DNA from: Pelomyxa schiedti
Taxonomy: Eukaryota > Protista > Evosea
Direction of reading: 5' to 3'
Length of the DNA stretch: 64,000 nt
Assembly: GCA_020536535.1 (NCBI GenBank)
Contig: JAHLWZ010000807.1
Span: 1-64,000, forward strand
Shown piece by piece: positions 49,709-62,400 of this stretch; position 1 is the first letter of the stretch, and the number at the start of each line of letters is the position of its first letter. Both the position numbers and the translations under genes were made by a program. A model generated the notes under the pieces. The model saw nothing but the letters and a program-made list of their open reading frames with translations. It did no database searches and had not been told where the DNA came from.

Positions 49709-50208
49709 TCCTCCACTAAATTCAAAAAAAAAGTATTGGTCTTGTCACCCATATGATCATTGAAACAAATGGCTACTTGAGAAGTACACCAACCAAGGCG
49801 GAGAACAAAAAAAGAGGGGATGATTGTGAGGTATGCAACTCCAACAAACCCCTGAACTGCCTTTCTATCAAGCTGATGTACTTTGGGAAATGGCTTGGAG
49901 TTCTTTTACCCCGTCCTGAGCCAACTTTAGTGCAAAGCTATGCACCGAAATTGAACCCGAGAGGGGCCGAAGAACGACCAGGCCACATTTTTTCGCAGGG
50001 AGCACAACAGTCGATGTCAAAGCCGTCCATTAGATGGGGCTCGTGGAGGAAAATTAGCCCCCAAAATTATCGATGAATCGTCAATGTCGGGGGCAAAATT
50101 TCGAAGGAAAATCAATTTTTTAGCAGAAAACTGTGTGTCTTTGTTGGGGTTTCAACAGACTTCTTCTCTTCAAGAATAATTCTTGTTAATCGAAGTAGCA
50201 CACCTCAT

Positions 50209-53200
50209 TTGCATCCTCCTCCGAAAAACATACTCCTGCTCTCGGGTAAAAAAAGCATAGTTTTTCCCGCAAGTTGCATTATGGGATACAGGGGGTTGGT
50301 CTGTTGTAATTCTCTCTGTACAGTGTATCGTTTGACTTTCCAAATGAGCTTGCTGTTAGTTTTATGGGACCCTTTGGAGCCTGGAACACCACCCCCTTGT
50401 GGAAGTTCCACTTTCCTCATCAACCACCAATCTTCCAGAACCGTACACTGCATGGGGAACCGAAACACTACAACAGGTCACCTGACAAGTGAACACACAG
50501 CGAGGGTGGTTGGATATGAAGAGTTCCAAAAGGCACTGCAAAGCCGGAACGAGTTCTTCACCAGGCTTGGGCAGTCTGCCACCGTAGAAGACGTCCAAAA
50601 GTCACCCGTTAGCGTTGTTGTGGCCAAAAACTTCCGACTTGTGAGGCCAATTTCACACGGTTGCAACGGTACAACCCCCAAAAAGCACACAGAAAAAGGT
50701 TTGTGACTGACTAACAGGGATTGTGTATGAGGTGAAGTGCATTGGAGAGGGACACCCCAAGTTGTTCATGGACCAGTCCTATGTTCTCAAGGCTCCTTTC
50801 AATATCAGTTTCACCACGACAAGTGTTCAGACCGCTTTTGAGGTATCTATTATGTAAAAAAAATACATAATATAATAACTCTTATTCTTTTAAAAGAATA
50901 CAATACAACGACTACTTTCCTTTTTTTTCCCTCCCCCACTTTTGTTTCTTATGCATTCAAGAATGAGTATCTTGTATCTTCAACATTGGAGCCACACCCA
51001 AATATCAATCGATATTTCTGTCACTTCACAGACCGCATCCCACAAGAGTATTACAATCACCTCCCGCCCGTTGCCAAGGAGCTGGCATTTGACAAAGTGC
51101 AGAAGAGGATGCACGCGTGCATGTGGGTGGTCTTTGAGCATCATTCAGAGACCTTGGAGAAATTTTTAAGCAGCATCAACACCCCTATAACACCATGGCC
51201 CATTGTTCACAAGTATTCAAGGGATATTTGCGCGGCTCTGGTGCATCTTTTTTTGAATCACACTATCCACTTTGACCTCAAACTGGACAACATCGTTATA
51301 TCTTCCGTGCGTTGCCTTCCCAGACACTAACAACAATATTTACAATCCCGCACAACTTAACTTAGTCAAGATACTTACAAACAACAGAACAAAGAACAGG
51401 CAATCCTGATTGACCTTGGGTGTGCAAAAAAATTCTCAAGGACAAGAAAGGCATTTGAGATTGATACAGTGTCTCTCATTTCAATAACAGGAAATACAAG
51501 TCACAGAGCACCTGAAATCCTCAACGGCACCGCACGATACAGGCAGGACCCAGACGCCATACCAACGTGGTGCTGTGACAAGGTATTAAGTCCAGATATT
51601 TCATTTTTTTCGACTTTCACCCCCTGAAAACAGCAAGCATCATTTGAACTTGGGTGCATTCTGTTTGAACTCTCCATGTGTGGAAAACACCCTCTCCCAG
51701 GGTACCCTGGGGGTTATGGTCCAGGTGGAAAGGTCACATTTTCATTTGAGAGGGAGGAACTGTTCCCTATGAAACCGACAGATTTCCCAAAGGAGTTCTG
51801 CAACGTCGTCCGTTCGTTACTGCAGTGTGACCCTGAAAAAAGGATGCCTCTGCTGGAGGCATCGGAGGTGCTGTCCAATCTTGAATCACCATGCCCTTCT
51901 GATCTGCTCTCATTTTACACTGGTTTTGTGCCTCTATCGAATGATGCAGGTTGACTTTACAGGTTGAACTGAGTAAATTTACACTGACCCACAAAAACAC
52001 ACAAACAACAGTAATGTTGACAACCAAGGCAACATGTCAGATTCTTTGTGGTGCCACAGAAGACTCGCTTGACACCCTCCATAAAGCCCTGGAAATTGAA
52101 CCGTTGTTTTCGCCTGCTTTGCTGCTTTTGCATTATCTTCATTCTTACCAGCAGAAGTTGGACCATAGCTACGAACAAGCAATTCTCACAGCACTCACAG
52201 GCAGGATGGCCTCATTTACAACCACAGACGTGGAATTTACAAGGGCCATCATCAGCAGGCGGCACAGCGCCACACTCCCTGAATTGGTTTTGGCAGCACT
52301 ATGGACAAAACACATTTCCCACAAGGTTGACGAGTACCGCACCCTCGCAAAGTTGCTTTTGAAGAAGATACCAGAATCAGAGGGTCAGTCTCAACAGCAA
52401 TCAATGGAGTTGAATTACGTTTTCTTGAAGAAGGTTATTGCCACACGAAACGAGACGATGTTGGGTGCACTTCTGCAGTTGGAAGTGGGAAACATTGACT
52501 TTGCCCTCGCGCTTGTGGCCAGTGCATCCTTACAATTCCAATGTGAAATGATGAACTGTCCCAGTGGTGTGTGAATGTCTCTTCCTTTCTTCTCATTCAA
52601 CTATATGAAAGGGGTAGCACAACACTGTGAGTACCTTCCCGCTTTGTTGTTCCTTTATTGTCTCCGTTGTGTTATCAATGACCACTTGTCACTTCAACAA
52701 CACATACCAACTAGCCTGTCAGAGGCTTTTTCTCAGGCGGTCTCCTCCACACTAGAGTCAATGAGAGCTCTGTGCCGGCGGGTTTTGAATGACACAACTA
52801 ACGTTGGTGGGGCAGAGTTCTCTGACCTTGCCACAACAGTAGCATTGAGAGCCAATGTTGATAACCAAACATCAGCCATGATGAGTTCGGAGCAGTCATG
52901 GTCCTGCATGTACTTTGTTGCTTTGTGGAGGACTTTCTGTTCTTCCCATATTCAATGTAAAGGTGCGGCACACATCTGGGAGGAACTGAGTTCAATGACT
53001 CCAGCCTCATCTCAGCCCCACAACATGATGACTGGCAGCGTGGGTGCTTCCTCCCTCACCCGCCTTGGTCTCTGCTATGAACTTGGTGTTGGTGGTGTTC
53101 ACAAGGACTTCAACAAGGCCGTGGAACTGTACCGGAGGGCCGCTGATTCCGGCGACGCCACTGCACTCTGCGTACTTGTTGGTGTGTGTCATCACTGGAA

Positions 53201-53585
53201 CGACGAATTCGGGCTGTACGTGAGGGCTGCTGGTGGCATCTACACGCAAGCAGCGTGTCATTGCCATGGCACCCCCCAAGCAGTGACCCTCCTCCAGCAG
53301 GCCTCTGATGCCGGTATTGCGCAGGCGATGAACAACCTTGCTGCATGTTATGAACGCGGATTAGGCGTTGGCAGGGACATCCCCAAGGCTGTGACACTGT
53401 ACCAGGGGGCTGCTAGCGCAGGTCACGCCGTGGCCATGTACAACCTGGGCGCGTTCTACTTCTATGGCACTGGTGTTGTCAAGGATATGGACAAGGCAGT
53501 GTCACTGTGGCGCAGGGCTGCTCAGCTAGGCAATGAAGAGGCCATTGCTAAACTGAGGGATAACGGGAAAACAGAAAGTGAGTAA
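50209..53585 (+). CDS. Protein kinase fused to a TPR-like helical region and Sel1-like repeats, multi-exon. The 5' start is uncertain. Proposed introns are 51928-51962 (35 nt) and 52567-52611 (45 nt).
   Basis: The kinase blocks are 'VYEVKCIGEGHPKLF', 'HPNINRYF', 'IHFDLKLDNIVI', 'ILIDLGCAK', 'APE' and 'LGCILFELSMCGKHPLPG'. The Sel1-like repeats include 'AVELYRRAADSGDATA', 'AQAMNNLAACYERGLGVGRDIPKAVTLYQGAASAGHAVAMYNLGAFYFYGTGVVKDMDKAVSLWRRAAQLGNEEA'. The ORFs at 51951 and 52575 are in the same frame and separated only by a TGA that lies inside a GT..AG 45-mer. Confidence 0.45.
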
Positions 53586-53989
53586 CGTGGGTGTTCCACA
53601 CATTCTGATTATTGCTAGTTGCTTGCGTGACTACAATGAATTCTGTAATAAACTTTGTGTGTTTGTACTCGCTTTCTCCCTTACTACACAAGTAAAACAA
53701 CAACCATCAACACCCCAGTGTGGTGGTAACTACCCAAACCCAATCCACCTCGGCACACCATGGCTCATAAATAAGGAGAAACTCGGGTGCAATGGTTCGT
53801 GTATTTTTTCTTTCAAAGAAAAAAAACAAAGGCTGGTTTTAGTGGTCAGAGGTGGGGGAGGGCTTGTCCTTGGTGGCGAGGAGGTTGTAGAGGTTTACTA
53901 CGTGCTTCATTTTGATTGATTGTGGGAATAACTTGACCCACGGCTCGTTCTCCAGCTCTGGCATTAGAGTCAGTGCATCATTCAGTGGT

Positions 53990-55020
53990 ACTTCCTGGTA
54001 CAACAGTTAGAATGACAAATTCGGGGCAAATTTGATGTATTGCGGGATGTTGCTGGGAGAACGGTTTGTTTGTTTGCGTACCATTCCCATGTTGGTGGAA
54101 GAGCTTAGAATATTGACAATAAACTCTTTCACTGCGGACAAGAAAAGTTCGAGATTGGCGGCTCGAAGGAAGCCATTTAGTTCTGCTACAAGTGATGGCT
54201 GTGCGGGAGTGGTTTTCAGGTTAAAAATTTGTCAACTTGATGGTGGAGTACCTCGAGTGGGGACTTGTACTTGGATGGGACCTGTTCAAATGGATCCACA
54301 ATAAGTTTTTGTTCAAGTGCATTCCACAGGGAAACTAGATGGCACAACTGAACGCTCTTTCCTGTTGTCCATATTAGTTGCGTCCCAGGTATGAAAGGAG
54401 AACCAATAGTTGTAGATTCCGCAAACTCTGGCTGTTGCCCGAGAAGAAGCGTTTCTTCCAAATAAACACGCAGCAGAACATCGCCAGGTATTTGTTTTAC
54501 ATGTGCCCCACCTATTCCTCTTTACTTACAAACAATAAAATGGTCCATGCACACCAGTTGCTGAAAGGAACCCTACACAAATTTCAATTACTTGAAGGCA
54601 GTGGCGCATAGATGCTGGGCTCCCTAGCTCTTGAAGTATCTTCCTCTTATGTTCTTTTTCCGTTGTTATAACGGGGAAAAAAACCGTAGTGGAGTTCGAC
54701 CTGGGGGCAGTTCCACTTGGGCAATACGGTGCTTCAAACCCGCCAGTGCTCCTGTTGTTCTGCTTTCATTCGCGAAGTTAAACTTTCGTATCTCAAGGTC
54801 AATGAATGGTTTTCCCAGCAGAACGTTATCAATCAAACTTTGTTCGATCCTTTTCATTGTTGTTAGAAATATGTTTTTGAAGGTTAACTAACCTCTCCAA
54901 GTTATAATTCACTTCAGACCCACTACCAAATTGCAAAGATTGTTCTGCCTGCATTAGAAGCACAGGAACAATTTGCCTCTCCATATCGTAGGAAATCACA
55001 TGTGAATCATTGAGCATGAA
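53990..55020 (-). CDS. Hypothetical multi-exon gene of unknown function.
   Basis: Three consecutive minus-strand ORFs (54216-54461, 54666-54857, 54829-55017) look coding. No recognisable motifs. Confidence 0.2.
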
Positions 55021-55801
55021 ACTCGAGACCTGAGAAACTGAGAAAAGTTTGTTTTTTCTTAGAGTACCTCATAACGCTCGCCGGAGGAGGATTGGTCTCT
55101 TGTGGTAAGTTGCCTCAGTTGTTCCACGAACCGATTATGCAAATTCACCATATATGCGGTAAATGAGAGGGGGCCTAAAGGAGATGTAAGTGGTGGGGCG
55201 CGACGGAAGCCGTACATATCCCCTCATCACGCTCGTCAGGGAGGAAAAAGCACAAGGGAGTCTAAAAGTGTGGGTTAGATACAATAAAACAAAAGGAGAC
55301 TACATTTTCATCGACTCGGACGTCACGAAAGATCTTGGGGATTTCCATGCACACATAACGGTCAACGTAGCACCAAGAATCATTCCAAGCAGTAGAAAAT
55401 CCATCAAAGACTTAAAGAAGTGATGAGTTAAGGTTGATCATTGAGTGGAGTACCTTCTTTCCATTTATGTTTTTGGTCGGGAGGAAGTTCAGAAATGATA
55501 CTCCCGATTGAGTTGTCACGAGCCCATTGCCTTTTTTTTATTGTTTGCATTGTATTATTGAACACTTGTGAACCTGTCAATACGCCTGTCAAAACGGACA
55601 CAGAGCATTCTTTGCAACTCCAAAACTAAGGGAAGGTACCTGTAATGTTTTTTTTTTAGTGACTATCAAAATAGATATGAAAACCTCAAGCAACGAAGCT
55701 TTTTCTCCTCTGCAAGGAACAAATGGAGAATAGGGAATGTAGTTTTGTTGGTTGCATTAAGGGCAAATTGTGACTGTAAATGGTTGATGGAGACAGTTGT
55801 C

Positions 55802-56360
55802 CTATCTGGTTTGATTGATAAGCGAATTGAGTGAAGGAGCGAAGTGTGTACATCGCCATAAAGAAGCAAGGGTTTTCGTTTTTGGTTCAAGAGCTTCAAA
55901 CGCTGCAGAAGTTTCACCCATTTCTGCAATAAGACTATCATCACTCTTGTTGGCGCTTTTCACATTGTTAAAGTGGAAAAAAGTAGAACATGCAAAGGTA
56001 CTTGTAGTATTGTAGTAGAGCTTTCTGTGGATCTGATACAAAGCGGTTAATATAATTGTCCCTGAAGTGCAATTCCCACTGGGTCCGTTGCTCCTTGGTA
56101 GCCAAAGGGCTGTACGGCATTTCACTCCCGGTATCTGTATCGGAGCCATAGGCCTTGTGCAGTTTGTTAGGTGAAAGACACAGCCAACCCTTCTCTTCCC
56201 TTCACTTTTATTACCTCAATTATCAGGTGCAACAGCATGGCTGTATCCTCATCTGAGAGCTTAAGAATCTTACACAATGCTTCCCAGTCTCCCAAAATAT
56301 GCTCTGCGACAAACGTTATAATATCGAGATCCGACTGCTTTGGTTGAATAAGAGCTGAAA
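55802..56360 (-). CDS. Death-domain-containing protein. The last two exons were resolved; the 5' end is unresolved.
   Basis: 'FVAEHILGDWEALCKILKLSDEDTAMLLHLIIE' followed by 'CRTALWLPRSNGPSGNCTSGTIILTALYQIHRKL' fits the death-domain helix pattern (lg.dWk.La..Lgls..di..i ... LL.W..r.g..at...L..aL). The stop is at 55802-55804. Confidence 0.45.
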
Positions 56361-56461
56361 CCTATAAAGGGACATGAGACAATGAAGAATAGTCTTACAA
56401 ACGAACTTGAGACTTCAAAGAAGCGTCAAGTAGCGAAGAAACAAATAGCACAGAGTGAAGA

Positions 56462-59400
56462 AGTAAATGTATTATGCGATAAACAACAGGAGCAAGCTCG
56501 CGCTGGCTATGTGCTTCTGTAGACCCTCCTTCTTCTGCCGCTCGTCCTCCAATATACCTGGTGGTCACAGTGAAAGTGAGAAGGATATGAGACACACAAA
56601 CCCTGGTAAGGTTTTATCAATTTTCTCAGCTTTTGTATTTGTGGGATCAAGAACGTGATCAAGACCACCAATTTTAGCTCCACACGTTGGACATTTGTAC
56701 TCCTGGCATGGCCGTCCACATTCACTAACATAATATGCGTGTCCTTGTGGGCATTCATACCAGCCACCGCCGAGTACGGCTGGAGTACTGAATTTATTTT
56801 AAGGTTTGGGGGTGTTAAAACTAACCCATCAGTGCTTGCCGCATATCAGAGGGCATTGTTGGTAGGAATACAGTTTTTAAAGAAGCTGGTTCATACAGTG
56901 CCTTTTGGAGTAAGCTTCCACGTTTCCTCAACCCAATAACTACAGCAACAATGTGGTAAATGACGCTCAACATTTGTACAGAAGATGGAGTGGACTGTGG
57001 TGACACTTGGAATTGTGGTGGTGCCGCTGAAAGTTGGGGAATGATATTTGTGGAAAGCATAGTTAAAAGGCAAAGGGATGGTGGTTCCAGTGATGACGCT
57101 TGATTTGAGATCCATGCAGTGATTGCACTGGCTTCATCCGGAGGTCTCGGCATTGTATGCAGGAGAGTCACCTGATGGAAGTTAAGTACTACATCAGGTC
57201 ATCGGATTCACCTCTTGGAAGGTCGCTAGAACAAGAAGTTTATTCTTTTGAGGTCCAGAGGACCTGCCATATAAAGCAGAAAGGTTCCTAAGGCTTCCAT
57301 CAACAGCTTTACGCATGGAATCCGCCATTTGCAGATATCCAACTTCCATTCCAAAAGGGTCAGCCTGGTAGTGGAATATTAAGTGTGAAGATTACACTGA
57401 ACGGTACTTGAAACAAGTGCCTCTTACGAAGGAAACGTTTAACCCGTACATCTTGGCACCATGCTGTAACCCAGTTGTTCTGTCTGTTAATAGAAGGACT
57501 AAAAATAGATGGAAATTAGATCGTAATATATATATATAGGTAAACCTTTGCAACAGCGATTGCGCAAATCCGATCCCCTTGCGTTTTACAACCAACTTGA
57601 GGAAATAGACATGTACATTTGGGGTATCATAAGGAAGAAGCATTAGTCTGTCTGCTTCAGCACACAGTGGCTGGAGAGCTGGTACGCCTTGCTCGTGAGT
57701 TGCAATAAGATGTGTAGCCAGAACACCAAGGAAAAATCTCAATTTTCCGATTGCCTCCAGTTTTTCCACAGTCCGACAACCCACAGAGGTATCCACCAAC
57801 TGAGTTGGAGAAATTGTAGATGCAACGTCCTTTGCAAATTTCAGAGTTTGGCCCCCAGAAAGCCCATTGGATTGTTCGAGCAAAAGGTCTTCAACGACCT
57901 TTTTTTCAAAAAGAATTTGTAAAAAGCACAAGCAAGTACATGAAAACCTGTGCAAATAAAATATAGGGAACAGAGTTCTTGGGCAGGGGTGTGAGATGTG
58001 CTTCAATTTTGTGCATTAGACCTGAGTAGATAGGACTGGTCTTTGGGGTGCTAAAATTTTGAGATGCCAAAGGTATAACGTGTTAAGTTCGTACCTTAAA
58101 AATATGCGAAGTAAGAACGCTTTTAGCCTGGTGGATGCTACTATATGTGGCTTGCCCTGTAATGCTTTCTCCACTACTGTCTGCAGTAACTTGTAGTAAT
58201 CATCTAACAGTACAATGAACTCACGATTTCAGAGATTTATGCTTACCAGCAGCAGGAAGTTTCGTTGTTCCTTGTGGTGGTTGTGCTGGTGGAGGTGCTG
58301 AGAATGAAAACAGAGAGGAAAAAGTAGAAGACGGGATCACGGATGGAGGTGGTGTCTGAATTGAGGGAGAGGAATCCACAGAAGGAATAAAAAGGCTATG
58401 TCTATCAGTGAGCAGCAAGAGAATCTCCTCCAAAAGATTTTCTGTTTTTTTCCCCCCTTTTTGTAAAGAACAAAAAAGAATGTAAAAAAACCTTCAATAG
58501 TTTCCAATCTTGCTGATTCTTGTAATAGATATTCTGAAACAAATAGTTCAAAGAGCATACTGCAACGAACAAGGGCGTTCAATGAGGTTTTGCAGAGAGG
58601 AATAAGGTAACTACAAACAGTTAGGTTGACGTAAAGCTATACAAACATACTGAATCAGTTTTGTGAAGGTGTCAAAATTGAAGTTTGTGCTGGACGAAAG
58701 TGTTCGATAGAACTCAACTGACGTTTCACCTGTCATTTTTAGCGGTACACTTACATCGCGTGCAAACGCTCTTGTTAGCAGTAGAGCTCGCCACTTGTTA
58801 GCTTGAATCACGTGTGCTAAGCAGTGGTGAGATTTTACAAATCTTACTTGAATTTATTGTTTGTGAAACCTTGGGTTCTGCCTAAGGCAAGCAGACTTTC
58901 TACACTAGGTCTGCTTGCCGCCAGAGCAGCTGTCCATTTATTTAACGCTGCCACCGAGACTAGAATGGACTGAGTTGGGGCTAGTGTGTTGATAACTATT
59001 TCTATCAGGCAACAATCCAGACTCTCGATTGTGAATTCCCTCTCTCCCAGTCTGTCAAAGGATGCAAAGAATTGGTTCACCACCGCTGAGCCAAATTGAT
59101 CCAACAAAAGAAAGATGTGTTTCAGGCGGGATTTATTTGCCCAAAATGCTGAGTGAATCTGTACAAGATCTGTGGGTTGTGCACCAATGTGCTTCAGTAG
59201 AATTGCCGAATTTATTCGTTGCTGCATGACTGGATCAAGTTTTGTAGGCCAACAAACGATATTGATGAAATCATGCATATATTCTGCAAGGAAAGTGGAG
59301 TCTAAGAATTCCTCAGAAAGGAGTCCAGGGAAGGTGCTCTTTAAAAGTCTTTGAACGGACTCCACTAAGCTAAGTAGCAAGTCACTAACAACTACGTTCT

Positions 59401-62400
59401 TTACATAAATTACCTTCCCGGGAGTTTTTCAGCATCAACTTTAAGCACCTCTATCGTGTGACAGAGGATAAAACTGATTTTAACAAGTGAGTTGTAGTGT
59501 TAAAAACCTACTTTTACCTGAAAGGAAACCTAGCAGAGAAGCGCCCAGACTTTCCATCACATACAACATCATAACGACTGCCCCCAAATATCAGTCCTTC
59601 AAGGCTACAGAACAGCCGATTTGTAAACATGGATAACCACATGGAACGTCTCTTATTGGCAAGTCTCTTATCCTCTGAAACGTTTTAGTTTATTTCCTCA
59701 AAGCACAGAGTTCACCAACCTTTATTTGCAGTTTTTGACTTTTCTGTTACATAACACCGGTGGTAGATTTTCAAATTACTATTTCTTTCCAGTAATGACA
59801 ACATGTGTGAGAAGACATCAGAAACTGCAAGTGTTTAGATTCCCAAACAATAGTTAAATACCCACCAAGTCCAGCGAGATGCTGGTATAGAGCTTCTTGG
59901 AATGAAGTACAAGCCGAAATGATATTAGCTGAGGAAGCAACAGTCTCCTGCCATGAAATCTGACCACTACTTTCAGCAGACCTCATTGAGACAGCCTTTT
60001 CCACCAATTCAAAAAGCTTACAGTATTGGTTAACAAACTGCCATGGCAAGTACCCCATACCCGTTTTTCCAGGGCGGTCAAAAATTCAGAGTCCTCAAAT
60101 AGACCTAGCATGCTCTCGATTTGGTCTTGAATATCATCAGAAGACCTATTTCTTTCTGTAAGCAAACACTAAAGGAGAAGAAAGAACCTCTGGTAGGGAT
60201 AGATCAATTTTGCAAGGCAGCTTCTGAAATTCATGGAGAGAATTGGCTTGATTTGCATGCTTCTCAATAAGTCCATCTCTGTGCCTCTCAGCAATTCTAT
60301 TACAGGGGGAATGTGTGTTCCAGATAACTTGATGTCATCGAGTTGAAGATGCAACCAATTCCTGTCCCACTCGAAGTTGAAAACAGTGGCAGAGGCCCGA
60401 TTGAGGTGAACCATAATTACTACATGCTTGCGGGGAACTGAAGAAGAACCAGAATGCCTTTTTGTGAAGAGAGCTCTTTCTTTCTCACAGATATATTTTG
60501 CGTGGTTTATCCGTTGAATTGAGGTTGCAGTGGGATCACATTGAATTACAAGCATCCCTATTCGAATTTAGAAGTAGGTAGTTTCAGTACAAATAATACC
60601 TGAAGAGTCAGAGGATGCAAAGAAAGACTGTGTCAAAGAAGACAGCTCATTGGAACTAGTCAATTCATGCAACTTCACTGAAGAAATAGCAAGCCTTTTT
60701 TTGCGCTGTTAACTTTGTGGTGAAGAAGGAGAAGACTACTGTTTGAGGAGTTCAGGGGATGATGCTGAAACAGACTTGGAGATATCGTCAGATACAGGAG
60801 AGAAAGTGAGAACCACAAGCAGCAAGCCAAAGGCATCCTTCCAGTATTGCTTTTTTATTTCCTCAAACCTGCAATGTGTCACCACTGATGTGAGATGTAT
60901 GGAATACTTTTTCGTTAATTCGCTTTGGCGGTCAACTTCACTTTGCTTCTGTTTAACTTGTTCTTCTCTGATTTTTTTTTCAATTTCCGCCTTCAAGTTG
61001 GCCAGCTGTTGGCGTTGTTCTTCTGGCGTCCCAGACTTTTGAAAGATATTTTTTTTGGTTGGAGGGAATGGGGGGTCAAAGATAAGGTTGGTGTAATCTG
61101 ATGCTAACCATTGCATCAGCTTTGGGCTTTACAGCTTCGAAATGTGATTCTATTCGCATGTTCAATTCCGCATCTTGTTGTTCTGTTGTCTGGGCGAATA
61201 TGTTTCTTCACAAAGTCATGCGGAAATACTTACCATGGTCGGAACAGTACTACCTGGCTCTGATGGAGATGAAAGGTTATATGTAACCATAAACATTTGT
61301 AGCAAGGCCCCCAAGCTGGAGTGAACTTGTTCCTGGAAGTACATATGGCGTAGATCACGTGGAAGTCCTAGTGTTTCACTTGCCCGGAGTGCCCGCACAA
61401 CACCCTCTGGACGTGCAACCCATAGCAATGCTTCACCATAATTAGTGCTAGTGAGAATCAATCGCACTACCATCTATGGCCGCATAGAATAGAACTTCTT
61501 CATCGGCAGTGTTAAACTTAGATGATACATCTAGAACAAGAGAGGCCAGTGAGTCATCAGATAAGCTTGAAACGAAAGCGTCATGAATGTGGTACTTCTT
61601 CTCTTTGCAACTCCCCTTGATGCGGGTGATTATTTGGGTACTGAACGGGAAAAAAAAACATTTGTGAAGTGATTTATCCACGCCCTAAGTCTGGATACAA
61701 GCAGTTGTTGCTTCGATGTTAGCAAATCTTGCCTAGTCAATACCTTGAGCTTGTTAGAAAGTGGGGGAAAAAAAAGCCATACTTGTTTTTCAAATCTGTT
61801 TAAGAGAGGTGGAGCCAAGCGATGGAAGGCATCCTCAGCGTCAACAACCACTATACACTTGAAGTCATTGTGTACAGGGCAAAGCCTACTGTGAGTCCCT
61901 AATGCAAGGCGTACATATCTGCCAAATATCAAAATATGAAACTTCCAGAACATGACTACCTTTGTCCTTCGTATGTTGTATAGTGCTGATTCAACATATC
62001 GTAGAGTGATTCCATAAGATTTTCCGAGTGAATCAAAACAACTGCGCGACCGTCCGCCATACATGCTTTGATACTAATAACATCAATGGTGGCTAATTTG
62101 AGTAGTGCAGAAGAACCTTTGTACGTTTTGGCAAACTACCAAGTCTGATTGGTCAGCAGGAAAATCACTCCCAAATAGTACGACAGCTTTATCTAAATTG
62201 ACAATTTCTCTTTCAAAGAGTATTTGAAGTGCCGAGTCATTTCTTGTTAGAAGCTGGTGAGAGTTAAAGGAAAAGGATATATCCTTCCAGCCAGATAGTA
62301 CCATTAAGTGGCGTGCATTCCTGTCTGCTAAGTTGGATTTTATCAATTCAAGAACCATGGCATGCTGTGAACCAAAGTGGGCAAGTGCTGTGTGATAGTC

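Noticed and set aside
51950-51962. A 13-nt 'intron' (gttgactttacag) that would join the kinase exon to the TPR-like exon.
   Set aside because: It is too short and gives the wrong phase. A 35-nt GT..AG intron (51928-51962) restores the frame cleanly.
57392-58006. Tentative assignment of the 204-aa ORF as a kinase or macro-type enzyme ('LVDTSVGCRTVEKLEAIGKLRFFLGVLATHLIATHEQGV').
   Set aside because: No catalytic motif could be matched with confidence. I kept it as an unassigned exon of the RNF213-like gene.
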